A DNA stretch of 64,000 bases from Candidatus Bathyarchaeota archaeon (GCA_963775465.1 CAVZIW010000001.1:320001-384000), one strand, 5' to 3'. Positions 23,103 to 33,300 are shown, numbered from the stretch's first letter. The notes: generated by a model from the letters alone, not told the origin. Program-made: numbers and translations.

Positions 23103-23753
23103 CTATACCACGATTTTACGGCAATAAAACGCTTCAGCATATTTGCTGTGTGAATTAGACTCTATTCCACGTATTCGCATTATGGATCGGAAAGATTCTT
23201 CATCAAACCAACCTTTTTCAAATTGACTTTGAAATATTTCACATATATTTGCTATTTTCCTATGGACTAAACTTTCATCTAAGTGAACGTATAAGTTGGG
23301 AATCCCTAAATCTGCGTCATATTTCTCTATCTCATATTCCAAAATTACGTTGTCACGAAACGCATTCCAAGTAAGTTCAGAAATTAGTCGATGATCTTGA
23401 TGGGCATCATTAGAATAATGTGTAAGTATTAAATCTGGAGAAAATTCCTTCTTCAAATCCACGAAATAATCCTTTATGGAAGCACCGATATATGGAAAAT
23501 AAGAATCTCTAAACTTCTCAACGTGAATAGACTTTGAGTTAACCTTGCCAAGAAATGATTCTGCGCTCTTATAAGCTTCCTGTGCTCTTTGGTCTTTTGC
23601 TGAAAAAACAACCCAGTGGAATTCAGCTCTTGGATATTCTTGGACAAGCCTTAGAATTGTTCCTCCGCACCCAATTTCTATGTCATCTGAATGAGCACCT
23701 AGGCAAAGAATTTTTGGTTCTGGATTATCAACAAATAGACGGAATTTATTCAT
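23103..23753 (-). CDS. PIG-L/LmbE family deacetylase
   Basis: GAHSDDIEIGCGG, DAHQDH, AEAF. Confidence 0.92.
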   Translation of the reverse strand: MNKFRLFVDNPEPKILCLGAHSDDIEIGCGGTILRLVQEYPRAEFHWVVFSAKDQRAQEAYKSAESFLGKVNSKSIHVEKFRDSYFPYIGASIKDYFVDLKKEFSPDLILTHYSNDAHQDHRLISELTWNAFRDNVILEYEIEKYDADLGIPNLYVHLDESLVHRKIANICEIFQSQFEKGWFDEESFRSIMRIRGIESNSHSKYAEAFYCRKIVV

Positions 23754-24558
23754 GCATTATACCGCCGTTTTTACAATGGCTACGATTATTCCATATTTCC
23801 CAAGATGAAGCATTTTTTGAAGCCAACTCGTCTAAGCGTTGTTTATCTTTGTATGTATCTAAACTCGCCCAGAAACCGTCGTATTTGTAAGCTAGCAACT
23901 CTTTTTTCTTGATGAGCCTTTGAAATGGTTCATTGACTAAATCTTCTCCTGGATTTATGTAGTCAAATATTTGGTTTTTAAAGACAAAGAACCCCCCGTT
24001 GATTCTAAGAGGCGTTTGATTTAATTGGCAAATGTCTTTAACGTAGTCATCTTTGGTTGTTGACACATAATGAAATACAACTGATGGTTTAACGGTTATG
24101 AAAACCCCTATTTTATCTCTTTTAACGAAAAAATCTATCAGAGTGGGTAGATGCAAATCAGTGATACCATCAGAGTAATTCGCAAGAAACATTTCATCCT
24201 TGTCAACATATTTCTTGACGGCTAGCAACCTTTCACCTAAAGTTGAATTTAGTCCAGTCTCGGCAAAAGTTATTTTCCATTCGTCGATATCACTTTTGAA
24301 GAGTTTACGTTTCTTTTTTCCACTGGATAAGACAAAATCACCCGTTAAGCACTCATCATAATTTAGGAAAAATTCTTTTATGGTCTCACCCTTGTAGCCA
24401 AGACAGAGAATGAAATCCTTGTGCCCAAAATAAGAGTAATATTTCATTAGCTGCAACATGATTGGCTTTCCACCCACAGAAACTAACGGTTTAGGTATGG
24501 TCTCAGTTGATGGATGCAACCTCATACCCAAACCACCACAAAACAGAACAACTTTCAC
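23746..24558 (-). CDS. rfbF: Glucose-1-phosphate cytidylyltransferase-like nucleotidyltransferase (RfbF family)
   Basis: GGLGMRL, PKPL, LCLGYKG, INGGFF, GFWASLDT. Confidence 0.85.
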   Translation of the reverse strand: MKVVLFCGGLGMRLHPSTETIPKPLVSVGGKPIMLQLMKYYSYFGHKDFILCLGYKGETIKEFFLNYDECLTGDFVLSSGKKKRKLFKSDIDEWKITFAETGLNSTLGERLLAVKKYVDKDEMFLANYSDGITDLHLPTLIDFFVKRDKIGVFITVKPSVVFHYVSTTKDDYVKDICQLNQTPLRINGGFFVFKNQIFDYINPGEDLVNEPFQRLIKKKELLAYKYDGFWASLDTYKDKQRLDELASKNASSWEIWNNRSHCKNGGIMHE

Positions 24559-25844
24559 ACAACTTCCTCCTTAAGAACCGTACTTGTTAATTCATTTCCT
24601 TGAGCATCATACATTTCCAATTTTGGGATAGGCACTATAAAGCGGCCTTCCCAGCGTCCTATTTGCGACATTTGATTTATAATTTCCTTTTTTATACTCC
24701 AAGGCAAAATTAGAACATAATCAGGCTTGGTTTCCTGAATTTTGTCAGAACTAAGAATTGGCAAGTGTGTACCAGCCTGAAATTTTCCTTGCTTGTTCGA
24801 GTTACGATCAACTAAATAATCAAGAAAATCTGTTCGAATGCCACAATAATTAAGCAAAGTATGAGCTTCGGCATGTGCACCATAACCAGCCACAGATTTT
24901 CTTTTGCGCTTAACTTTTATTAGAATATCTAAGAGGTTGCGTTTGGTCTCCTTAACCTTTTCATTAAATGAAAGGTACTTTTGAATTTCCAAAAAACCAG
25001 TTTCTCTTTCACTCTCTCTAACTTCATCAGGACGGTTCGTTTTAGATATCTGCTGATTTTCAGAATGACAAGCATAAATTCTCAAAGAACCACCGTGAGT
25101 TGGAATTTCCTCGACATCAAAGATTGACAAATCATGCGATGTAAATAATTTTTCAATAACAGTAAAAGAGAAGTATGAGAAGCGCTCATGACTTAATGTG
25201 TCAAACTGGTTTTTCTCAATTAAATTTTTCAGATAGTGAAACTCCAAAGTAATTATCCCTGATGGTTTGAGCAAAGCTTTCATACAATCTAAAAAACCAT
25301 GAATATCAGGAACCTGAGCTATTATGTTGTTTCCAATTAAAAGATCCGCTTGCTTATCTTGCTCAACCAGGTAATTCGCTGTTTCTTTATCAAAGAACTC
25401 GATTATGGTTGGAATTCCCTTTTTAATTGCTTCTTCTGCCACATTGCTTGCTGGTTCGACGCCTAAGACAGGGATGTTTCGTTGAGCAAAGAATTGCAGA
25501 AGATAACCATCGTTACTTGCAATCTCAATAACTTGACTTTTGGAATCTAATTTTAGCTTATTCGCTATCATCTCGGCATAGTTCTCAGAATGCTTCAACC
25601 AACCCTTTGAGGAAGATGAAAAATACGAATACTTCTTGTAAATTTCTTTGGGGGTAATAGACGCCTCCAATTGCACAAGCAAACATTTTTTGCAGAAGTA
25701 AATGTGTAATGGATAAGTTGGCTCCATTTTATTTAATTGATCAATAGAAAGATAACTTTCACATAACGGTTGCACACCTAGATCAGCGAAGGTATACTTA
25801 AGAGGTTCACCGCAAGACCGGCAATTCAAGTTTTTTGCTCCCAT
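24555..25844 (-). CDS. NDP-sugar C-methyltransferase family protein (active-site motif altered)
   Basis: CRSC..CKKC Zn site, EIASNDG, GVEPA, THGGSLR, PDYVLILPW. Has FDTLSHERFSY in place of FDTIYHEHFSY. Confidence 0.88.
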   Translation of the reverse strand: MGAKNLNCRSCGEPLKYTFADLGVQPLCESYLSIDQLNKMEPTYPLHIYFCKKCLLVQLEASITPKEIYKKYSYFSSSSKGWLKHSENYAEMIANKLKLDSKSQVIEIASNDGYLLQFFAQRNIPVLGVEPASNVAEEAIKKGIPTIIEFFDKETANYLVEQDKQADLLIGNNIIAQVPDIHGFLDCMKALLKPSGIITLEFHYLKNLIEKNQFDTLSHERFSYFSFTVIEKLFTSHDLSIFDVEEIPTHGGSLRIYACHSENQQISKTNRPDEVRESERETGFLEIQKYLSFNEKVKETKRNLLDILIKVKRKRKSVAGYGAHAEAHTLLNYCGIRTDFLDYLVDRNSNKQGKFQAGTHLPILSSDKIQETKPDYVLILPWSIKKEIINQMSQIGRWEGRFIVPIPKLEMYDAQGNELTSTVLKEEVV

Positions 25845-25877
25845 TATTCTCCGCCTAAAAAATATTTTTCTTAAATG

Positions 25878-26921
25878 TTAACCTACTAAGCGTCTCAATG
25901 TCTTGTCAACCCCACCAGATTTTAGACTATTTTCGAGGTGAGTTATACGTCTGTATCTAGGACCCTCAAACTCTTCAACTAACAAACCAACTTTTTTGTA
26001 AGCGTCATATAGCTGTTTGGCGCCCAAAGGAACGGTCCATTGCGGTTTAAATTCAGGCAACGCGGAAGCTATCTTATCAAATTCAACTCTGTAAGAACGT
26101 TGATCAGCTTCAGCACCCTCAACATATTTGATTTCTGAGTCGGGAACAGTTTGCTTAGCAATCTCTGCAACCTCACGGATTCTAAAATTTTGATCATTTC
26201 GCCCTACGTTGAAAATCTGATTGTGAACTACGTCCCGAGGTGCATTAAGGACAGCAATGAAAGCGCGAGAGATATCTTGAATGTGAACAAACGGTCTCCA
26301 TGCAGTTCCATCGCTTTTTAGAAGAACAATACCTTTTGTAAACGACCAAGCTATGAAGTTGTTTACGACAAGATCAAAACGGAGCATAGGTGAGAGTCCA
26401 TATGCTGTCGATGAACGCAGCAAAGTCGGGCTAAAATTCGAGTCAGCTAATTTTGAAATATCTCTCTCAGCGAAAACTTTGGACTCTGCGTAAGGAGTAA
26501 CTGGTTTTGGTATTGACTCTTCGTTCACAATTTCATCTGTAGTAGCGCCATACACACTGCATGATGAGGAAAGAAGAAAACGTTCCACGCCTGCACTTTT
26601 GGCGAGTTTCGCCAATCTAACTGACCCTTCATGATTAATTTCATAGGTAACTTTTGGGTTGAGATTACCAAGAGGATCGTTTGATAACGCACAAAGATGT
26701 ATAACTGCGTCAAAGCCCACTAAATCAGAACGTTCTATATCCCGTACATCCTTTTTTAGATAGGGAATATTTGAGATAGCTCCAGTTATAGATGGATTAC
26801 CAAATACACAGTCTTTGAAGAGATCACTATCCAGACCGGTTATATCGAAACCTTCAGCTTGTAACATGGGCACCATTACAGTTCCGATATATCCGTTATT
26901 TCCTGTAACCAATATCTTCAT
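25878..26921 (-). CDS. NAD-dependent epimerase/dehydratase (extended SDR)
   Basis: TGNNGYIG, ALSNDP, SSCSVYG, YAESK, RFDLVVN. Confidence 0.92.
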   Translation of the reverse strand: MKILVTGNNGYIGTVMVPMLQAEGFDITGLDSDLFKDCVFGNPSITGAISNIPYLKKDVRDIERSDLVGFDAVIHLCALSNDPLGNLNPKVTYEINHEGSVRLAKLAKSAGVERFLLSSSCSVYGATTDEIVNEESIPKPVTPYAESKVFAERDISKLADSNFSPTLLRSSTAYGLSPMLRFDLVVNNFIAWSFTKGIVLLKSDGTAWRPFVHIQDISRAFIAVLNAPRDVVHNQIFNVGRNDQNFRIREVAEIAKQTVPDSEIKYVEGAEADQRSYRVEFDKIASALPEFKPQWTVPLGAKQLYDAYKKVGLLVEEFEGPRYRRITHLENSLKSGGVDKTLRRLVG

Positions 26922-27082
26922 TCTTAACCCTTGCTTTCTTAGATAATAAGTCTTAATATATTAACCATATTCCGAAATTAATTAAATTTGATTTAGAAAG
27001 AACCTTGCTTGTTAATGCTTTTTTGTGAGGCATGATAAATAAAATTATTTTTGATTGGATATTTCTAATGCACCATTGTTTC

Positions 27083-28273
27083 TCAAGAGCACAGAAGATA
27101 TTCAGCTTCAATATCCATGGTTTCCACCATTTTCCTAATTTCATTAAGGTATACTGGATTCATTATAATTATGACCTCAGGTTTGTAGTCTTTTAGAAAG
27201 CTTGGCGAAACTATTTGCTTACCAACACCTGGAATAAATTTGCCATGCCTGTTGGGATTAATATCAACTATGTATTGAATTTCATCCTTAATTTTCAAAG
27301 TAGTCATGAAAGCGACACATTTGGACCCTGATCCCCAGATAATAGCCTTTTTTTTCCCATCCTTAATTCTCATCAATTCTTTTTTCCAAGTATTTAATTT
27401 ATCTTGACATCTGGCGGAGAATAGATCCACCATCTTAGCTGTCTCTTCAACACTTTTTTCTTTTTCAAATATTATACTTGATGGTTCATTTACAGGCTTT
27501 CCTTCAATGAGAAGATACTGATCAAAGTAGTCTTTAACTAGATTTGTTACTTCAAAATTGCACAAACGAAATATCTGTGCCAAAGATTTGAGACTAAAAT
27601 AAGAACAATGTTCATAGTAAATGTCCCAAAAAGCAACTTCTGTCAAAATGCGACCAACATCAGGTACTTCGAAAAACACAGGTGTATGGTTAGTATTGAT
27701 GGATCTCTGAACGCTATTTATGAATTGTGCGGTATTGGGAATATGTTCAAGCGTATGACGACAACAAACAAAATCGCCCAGGTATTTTGCGTAACGTTCA
27801 GAGTAATAATCTCTGATAAACATTATTCGATCTGAAGCAGAGCTTTGGACACCGCCACTAACAGTTGAGGGGTCTATTCCAACTCCATAATTGTTACCCA
27901 ACTCACAGAGCATTGCCAAGAAATCACCTCTACCGCAACCAATTTCTGAAACATGCTTTCCGTGCAGATCATAAGTATCAATTAAATGAGTAGCCAATTT
28001 TTGCGCATACGTCATAAATGTAGCTGAAAAACCTTGTTCTTCAGGAGCGAGCGAGGCGTAATCAACCTTTGAAGGATCAAAAGCCACATTGGAAATAAAA
28101 CCACAAGACTTGCAAAAACCAAGAACTACATCACCACGAGGAAAACTAATAGCCTCATGTTTTGTTGAAAACATCAAACAACTGTTAATCGGAACGCTTT
28201 CAGCTTTATAAAAAATTTCCATTCCGACCGTGCTACAACTTGGACAAATATTTTTTGTTGCCGATGACATCAT
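27083..28273 (-). CDS. NDP-sugar C-methyltransferase family protein
   Basis: CPSC..CKSC, EIGCGRG, RHTLEH, FWDIYYEHCSYF, WGSGSK. Confidence 0.88.
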   Translation of the reverse strand: MMSSATKNICPSCSTVGMEIFYKAESVPINSCLMFSTKHEAISFPRGDVVLGFCKSCGFISNVAFDPSKVDYASLAPEEQGFSATFMTYAQKLATHLIDTYDLHGKHVSEIGCGRGDFLAMLCELGNNYGVGIDPSTVSGGVQSSASDRIMFIRDYYSERYAKYLGDFVCCRHTLEHIPNTAQFINSVQRSINTNHTPVFFEVPDVGRILTEVAFWDIYYEHCSYFSLKSLAQIFRLCNFEVTNLVKDYFDQYLLIEGKPVNEPSSIIFEKEKSVEETAKMVDLFSARCQDKLNTWKKELMRIKDGKKKAIIWGSGSKCVAFMTTLKIKDEIQYIVDINPNRHGKFIPGVGKQIVSPSFLKDYKPEVIIIMNPVYLNEIRKMVETMDIEAEYLLCS

Positions 28274-28329
28274 CTCTAACTCCAGTTCAACTTTATTACA
28301 TTAATCTTAATTTTAAGCAATATTTCAAA

Positions 28330-28716
28330 TCATAACATCTCTTTTGGTTTTGCCAAGAATTCGGAATAGTCATACACTGATTCTGGGGGCACATGATCAA
28401 ACCAACAGTATTCTTGGCTTTCTTCATTAAGCTTCACTCTACCCACAGGGTTATACACTTGGAAGACGACAATGAGCTTAATCCTATCAAAAGTCTCCTC
28501 AATTCTCCCACCCAACAATTCTCCAATGTGAACATCGAGATCTGTTTCTTCTTTAAACTCTCTCCTTAAAGCTGCTGCAAGAGTCTCGTTTTCTTCTACA
28601 TGTCCTCCAATAACATGCCAAAAACCTCTAAATGGTTCGACATTACGTTTTAAGAGCAGGATTTTTTCATCTTTGATTAATATGCCATCTACACAGATAA
28701 AGATCGGTTTTGGCAA
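28330..28716 (-). CDS. NUDIX hydrolase
   Basis: GGHVEENETLAAALRREFKEETDL Nudix box. Confidence 0.92.
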   Translation of the reverse strand: MPKPIFICVDGILIKDEKILLLKRNVEPFRGFWHVIGGHVEENETLAAALRREFKEETDLDVHIGELLGGRIEETFDRIKLIVVFQVYNPVGRVKLNEESQEYCWFDHVPPESVYDYSEFLAKPKEML

Positions 28717-28799
28717 GAGGTCTTCACCATGATTTTATTATTTTTGTTTCTTTCTAAATAAAAAAAGAGATGTATTTACGACTTTTATCAAGAAAAAAA

Positions 28800-29753
28800 T
28801 TAGGTCATTTGTTCTTGAATCCATTTATACGTTTTAGCCATACCGTCTTCTAGAGAGACTTTAGGTTCCCAATGAAGCACATTTTTTACAAGAGTAAGGT
28901 CTGCATTTCTACCGCGAACTCCCTGAGGCGCGGATAGATTATAGGTTTTTGCTATTTTTTTTCCGGAAAACTTGATCGCCATATCAGCAAGGTCATTGAT
29001 GCTTATGAGCCTGTCTGAACCTATGTTTATTGGTTTGTCATAATCTGATTCCATCAGTTTAATGGTTCCCTCTACTGCATCGTCTATGTAGCAGTAAGAT
29101 CGAGTTTGTTTTCCATCACCCCAAATTTCTATTGACCCGGGGTTTTGGGCTTCTACAACTTTTCGGCAAATAGCAGCCGGAGATTTTTCTCGTCCGCCCT
29201 TATATGTTCCTTCTGGCCCATAGATATTGTGGTAGCGTAACATCCGAATGTTCATTTTGTAATCGCGCTGATATGCTTCACACATTTTTTCGGTAAATAA
29301 TTTTTCCCAACCATAAAAATTGTCAGGATCTGCAGGATAAGCATCCTCTTCTTTTAGTCCCTTTATATTTGGATCTGTTTGACGGTAGGTTGGGTATACA
29401 CACGCAGAACTTGTGTAAAGATAACTGTTAACGTTGTTTTGTCTTGCACCTTCAAGCATCAACGTATTTATCAAAATGTTATCGCGCATTACCTCCGCAC
29501 CTACTTCTGTTATGAAACCTATTCCCCCCATGTTTGCAGCTAAATTGTAAACTTTATCAATATTCTCAGTGGCTTTAAGACAGTTTTCTTGATTGCGTAA
29601 ATCGATTAAGAGTTTCTCAGAGCAATACTGTTCTTTTATGTAATCATCATACTTTATGTCGGCGGTACGTACAAAATTACCTTCCAAAAACAATCGTCTG
29701 GCTAGATGACTTCCAATGAAACCACCGCCACCTGTAACTAAAATTCGATCCAT
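28800..29753 (-). CDS. GDP-mannose 3,5-epimerase family SDR
   Basis: AANMGGIGFI, SSACVYP, YGWEK, GGREKSPAAICRKV, GVRGRN signatures. Confidence 0.88.
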   Translation of the reverse strand: MDRILVTGGGGFIGSHLARRLFLEGNFVRTADIKYDDYIKEQYCSEKLLIDLRNQENCLKATENIDKVYNLAANMGGIGFITEVGAEVMRDNILINTLMLEGARQNNVNSYLYTSSACVYPTYRQTDPNIKGLKEEDAYPADPDNFYGWEKLFTEKMCEAYQRDYKMNIRMLRYHNIYGPEGTYKGGREKSPAAICRKVVEAQNPGSIEIWGDGKQTRSYCYIDDAVEGTIKLMESDYDKPINIGSDRLISINDLADMAIKFSGKKIAKTYNLSAPQGVRGRNADLTLVKNVLHWEPKVSLEDGMAKTYKWIQEQMT

Positions 29754-29915
29754 GTATTTTTCCTCAACTTTTATTTTAGAAAGTTTTGTTTAATCCTCTT
29801 TATTAGCTTTATTCCTAAGACGTCATACAAGAGACAACAGAAACCTCGTTTGTAAAACCGCAGAGTTAAATTATAAAAAGACGTTCTATGTTAACGAAAT
29901 CAAATTCATACTAAC

Positions 29916-30716
29916 TTATAGTAGTGGATGAACAGTTTCATGAATTAATTCAAGAAACATTCGTTTAAAGATCTCGCCCCCATTACGAACCCTAAGCTTC
30001 TTTCTACCCAATCTTTCACGATAGCCAATCGGTATCTCCAGAATTCCAAAGCCTTCCTGCTCTACGTGATGATTAAGTTCCACCTCAATATCGAAGCCCT
30101 TAGACTGTACCTCCCAGTTTCTCAGGAGTTCCAAGCGCACAACTCTCAACCCAGTCAAAGGATCAATCAACTTAACACCATTAAGAAGATTATGGGCAAA
30201 TGCAATAAGTCGATTCCCAAAATAGAAAACATCACGTAACGCCTTTCTATCAATGTTTTCTGTGAACCGGTTTCCACAGACCATCCCAACTTCAGGATGT
30301 TCATCTAGAATCCTAATCATTTCCGGAATATACTCAGCTGGATACGTGTAATCCGCATCTGTGATAACAATGTATTTAGCTTTAGGCTCCAGGTATTCTA
30401 TTGCTTTTGCAACAGCATCTCCTTTACCAAACCCATCTTGCAAAACAATTTGCGCCCCCATTTCTTTGGCTACCTCAACTGTTCGATCAGTACTTCTTCC
30501 ATCCACTACCAAAAAATCTGGGTTACACAAGTAAGTTCTAATTTCAGCTATTGTAGGCCCGATTCCCTCTTGTTCGTTTAGTGCAGCAATTATGACCTGT
30601 GGAGATTGAAAACAATTATTTGCTTTGGCTTGAGACAAACACTTTCGTAAGGTATTCGTAGAAAGTCTGGTTGAAGAGCCACAAAGCTCTGAAGGGTAAA
30701 TTTGCATCAGGGCCAA
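29916..30716 (-). CDS. GT2, polyprenol-phosphate glycosyltransferase (DPM1-like)
   Basis: AALNE, VDGRSTDRT, GKGDA, DADYTY, GFDIE, YRERLG. The start position is uncertain. Confidence 0.88.
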   Translation of the reverse strand: MALMQIYPSELCGSSTRLSTNTLRKCLSQAKANNCFQSPQVIIAALNEQEGIGPTIAEIRTYLCNPDFLVVDGRSTDRTVEVAKEMGAQIVLQDGFGKGDAVAKAIEYLEPKAKYIVITDADYTYPAEYIPEMIRILDEHPEVGMVCGNRFTENIDRKALRDVFYFGNRLIAFAHNLLNGVKLIDPLTGLRVVRLELLRNWEVQSKGFDIEVELNHHVEQEGFGILEIPIGYRERLGRKKLRVRNGGEIFKRMFLELIHETVHPLL

Positions 30717-31464
30717 ATCATCCGTAATATTTTAAGATTCCACATTTTTAGCTGGGATTGTACTTTGTAGCTGAAACCTAGTTTGAAATTACAAGCATTT
30801 ATGTTTTCTGCAGAAAAAAGGAAATTGGCTTGGCTAATGCAATCAAAATACGGTGAGTCTGCTGAATTTTGAATGAGCAGGTCGTCTTCAAACCAGGTGA
30901 AGGAGTCATTAAAAGCTTTGATATGAAAACAATCTCCTTCATCTCGAACTAGAGAAAACAGACCTTAACATATAATTAAGCACTATTTCAAAAAAAGAAA
31001 TATGCCAAAAATCATTTTACTGAAGTTTTACTTCTTAAGCATAACACTACAAAATCCCTTCCTGAAGGAAGTGGACAAGGAAAAAAAGTTAACTTAATTA
31101 AGCTCTAACCTAACCGATTGCTTCGTCTGTTGTATTTCCTAGTCATTTAAGGGTTCTGGACAACTAAACCATATTCTATATTAATAAACTCTTGAGACTT
31201 TAAACTGAAGTTGGGAGAATTTCATCTAATTTTTATTCTCACTGCTCGCTTGAGCGATTTCTTTCATGCCTAATTTCCCTCAAACCTTGAGATTTTGAAG
31301 ATTAGAAACATGTAAAAAATATTTCTTAAACCCAAACGCTAAAAAATTTTTGAAAGAAATTGAAAATTAGTGATAAAATTAAAAATCGTTGATTCAGGAT
31401 TCATTAGACTTAAATGTATCAAGAATTAACATTGACTAACCTTTGCCTTAACCGCGTGAATTTT

Positions 31465-31650
31465 ATGCAAAAACAAAAAACCACAAAAGAAATACAAACC
31501 ATACTTGAAAACGCTAACATAGATTTCGATTTAACCGTCAACGAAGCATTAAACGCCTATCTACCTAAAATAATGTTCAGCTGCCCCTTCACTGAAGATG
31601 TCTGTAACAAAAAACAATGTATCGGCTGCGAATCATCCAATGCCCCATAA
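31465..31650 (+). CDS. Small protein with helical segment and C-terminal Cys cluster
   Basis: MQKQK..VNEALNAYL..CPFTEDVCNKKQCIGC. Confidence 0.6.
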   Translation: MQKQKTTKEIQTILENANIDFDLTVNEALNAYLPKIMFSCPFTEDVCNKKQCIGCESSNAP

Positions 31651-31756
31651 TAATAGTTTATTTTGGATTGAGTTTGACAAGATAGGGAATATGAAATAGT
31701 TAGGGAAAGAACGGGCAAACTAAATTAACAGCTATACAGGTTTCGCTAAAAGTGAA

Positions 31757-31888
31757 TCATTTGGAGGGTATTAATTTAAGTGCTGGGTGGTACCATCGCT
31801 GGATCAACTTGGCAACTTCTTTTGAATAACCGTAGTCGATTAGGCTACTAAAGATTTGTTCTGTTGAGTGGCGATTTGAGGCTTCCAT
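31757..31888 (-). CDS. 43-aa microprotein, GxS..WYxP type
   Basis: MEASNRHSTEQIFSSLIDYGYSKEVAKLIQRWYHPALKLIPSK. TTTATA lies ~25-30 nt upstream. Similar to 40042-40200. Confidence 0.65.
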   Translation of the reverse strand: MEASNRHSTEQIFSSLIDYGYSKEVAKLIQRWYHPALKLIPSK

Positions 31889-32301
31889 AAACTTTGCTTC
31901 GTTCTATTCTAATATAAATATTGTTAATAAACAGTAAATATGTACACTTGCACATCATGAATACACATTTTCCTTTTACGTCATTTTGAGGTTGGAAATC
32001 TACGAATTTTTTAAGCTAAAAGCAGAGCAAAAGAATCGAGCGTCTAAACGCAGAATCTTTTGTTATTCTGACCATTTCGAAATTTTCCCAGTTTTTCAAA
32101 ACCAAACTAGGTATACAATATGAACCCAAATACTAATTGAAGCTATTACATACTATTATTAACTCATCATGCAGAAAAATCAAACCTGAAATCAAAAAAC
32201 ACTCCAAAACAAATCCTATATATTCCAAGAAAAAAACAACCTCTTGTTCTTCCATCCTACAAGAAGTTTCCTCTAAACCAAATGAAGCACGAAAGCAAAA
32301 A

Positions 32302-33300
32302 TCAAATGGGTGGGCGGGCAATTCTTTTGTTTTTCAATGTTTTCATCCATTTCTTAAATTCTTCTGATGGTGGATAATCACGAAAAAGTTTTATTCGTTT
32401 AGATTCCAGGAAATTGTTCTCTTTGCCGGAATATTCAGCTGCAGTCACAAGGGTAGTTCCCGCTTTTTGGGCTTCTTGAAACACAAGCTCCATCTTTGGT
32501 CTCCACTCTACATCGCGCAAAGCATGATGCTCTAAAATCACCAAAGGAACCACATCAAGGATACGCATTAAATTTCCAAGCCCTTTTTTTAGCTGAGCCA
32601 TATCAACCCGAAAACCACCCAAATACAAGGGTGGCCCTCCTATCATAATTACAGCTGGTCTGGATGACAAAATCAACTCTGCAGTATGCGTTGATATCGG
32701 ACCCTGAACGTCAGGTGCAAACATAAAGCGTTCCCCATCATACTCGACAGTAACCATTACAACCCAACCAGACATCGAATCTTCAGAGCCATGCGAAACA
32801 GCTTCAGAAAAACGCAAATAGGTACGGCCAAAGACGAAAGTTTTTCCGTCAGCCGACTCCAGTTGTTTGGCGTGTTTGCCACCTGTTCGTTGAAACATCC
32901 ATGCACGTTGCCTTTGACTGGCGTTTATGTTTTCTTTGGGGTTCTTTGCAAGAACGATTTTATCCTGATAGATTTGGCGTGCAGTTTCGCAGCCATCTGT
33001 CCAGTTTACGACCCAATCCTCAAAAGATGGTGTATGATGATCAAAATGATAGTGACTAATAGTGGTTATTTGAGCCTTATCAGCAGCTTGGGCAATAGTT
33101 TTACGAAGGTGAATGATTGTTTGATATTCAAAAGGGTGCGGAGGCAGATTAAACCGGTAAGAAGCAAGAGAAATTCCAGCATCTAAGAGTACCGAAAAAT
33201 CAGGGGTCTCAACAAGAGTGCACATTGACCGAACGCCAAAACTCTCCCCTGCCAAAGGAGTAACTTTAATCTTGTCTAGTACCGCTTTTTGTCTTTCCAT
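32302..33300 (-). CDS. Archaeal metallo-beta-lactamase-fold hydrolase (UPF0282-like)
   Basis: ESFGVRSM, ISHYHFDH, DVQGP, LEHHALRD. Confidence 0.87.
   Translation of the reverse strand: MERQKAVLDKIKVTPLAGESFGVRSMCTLVETPDFSVLLDAGISLASYRFNLPPHPFEYQTIIHLRKTIAQAADKAQITTISHYHFDHHTPSFEDWVVNWTDGCETARQIYQDKIVLAKNPKENINASQRQRAWMFQRTGGKHAKQLESADGKTFVFGRTYLRFSEAVSHGSEDSMSGWVVMVTVEYDGERFMFAPDVQGPISTHTAELILSSRPAVIMIGGPPLYLGGFRVDMAQLKKGLGNLMRILDVVPLVILEHHALRDVEWRPKMELVFQEAQKAGTTLVTAAEYSGKENNFLESKRIKLFRDYPPSEEFKKWMKTLKNKRIARPPI

Noticed and set aside
32133-32367. Overlapping short ORFs on both strands
   Set aside because: Compositionally skewed, no motifs, and they overlap the MBL gene end.
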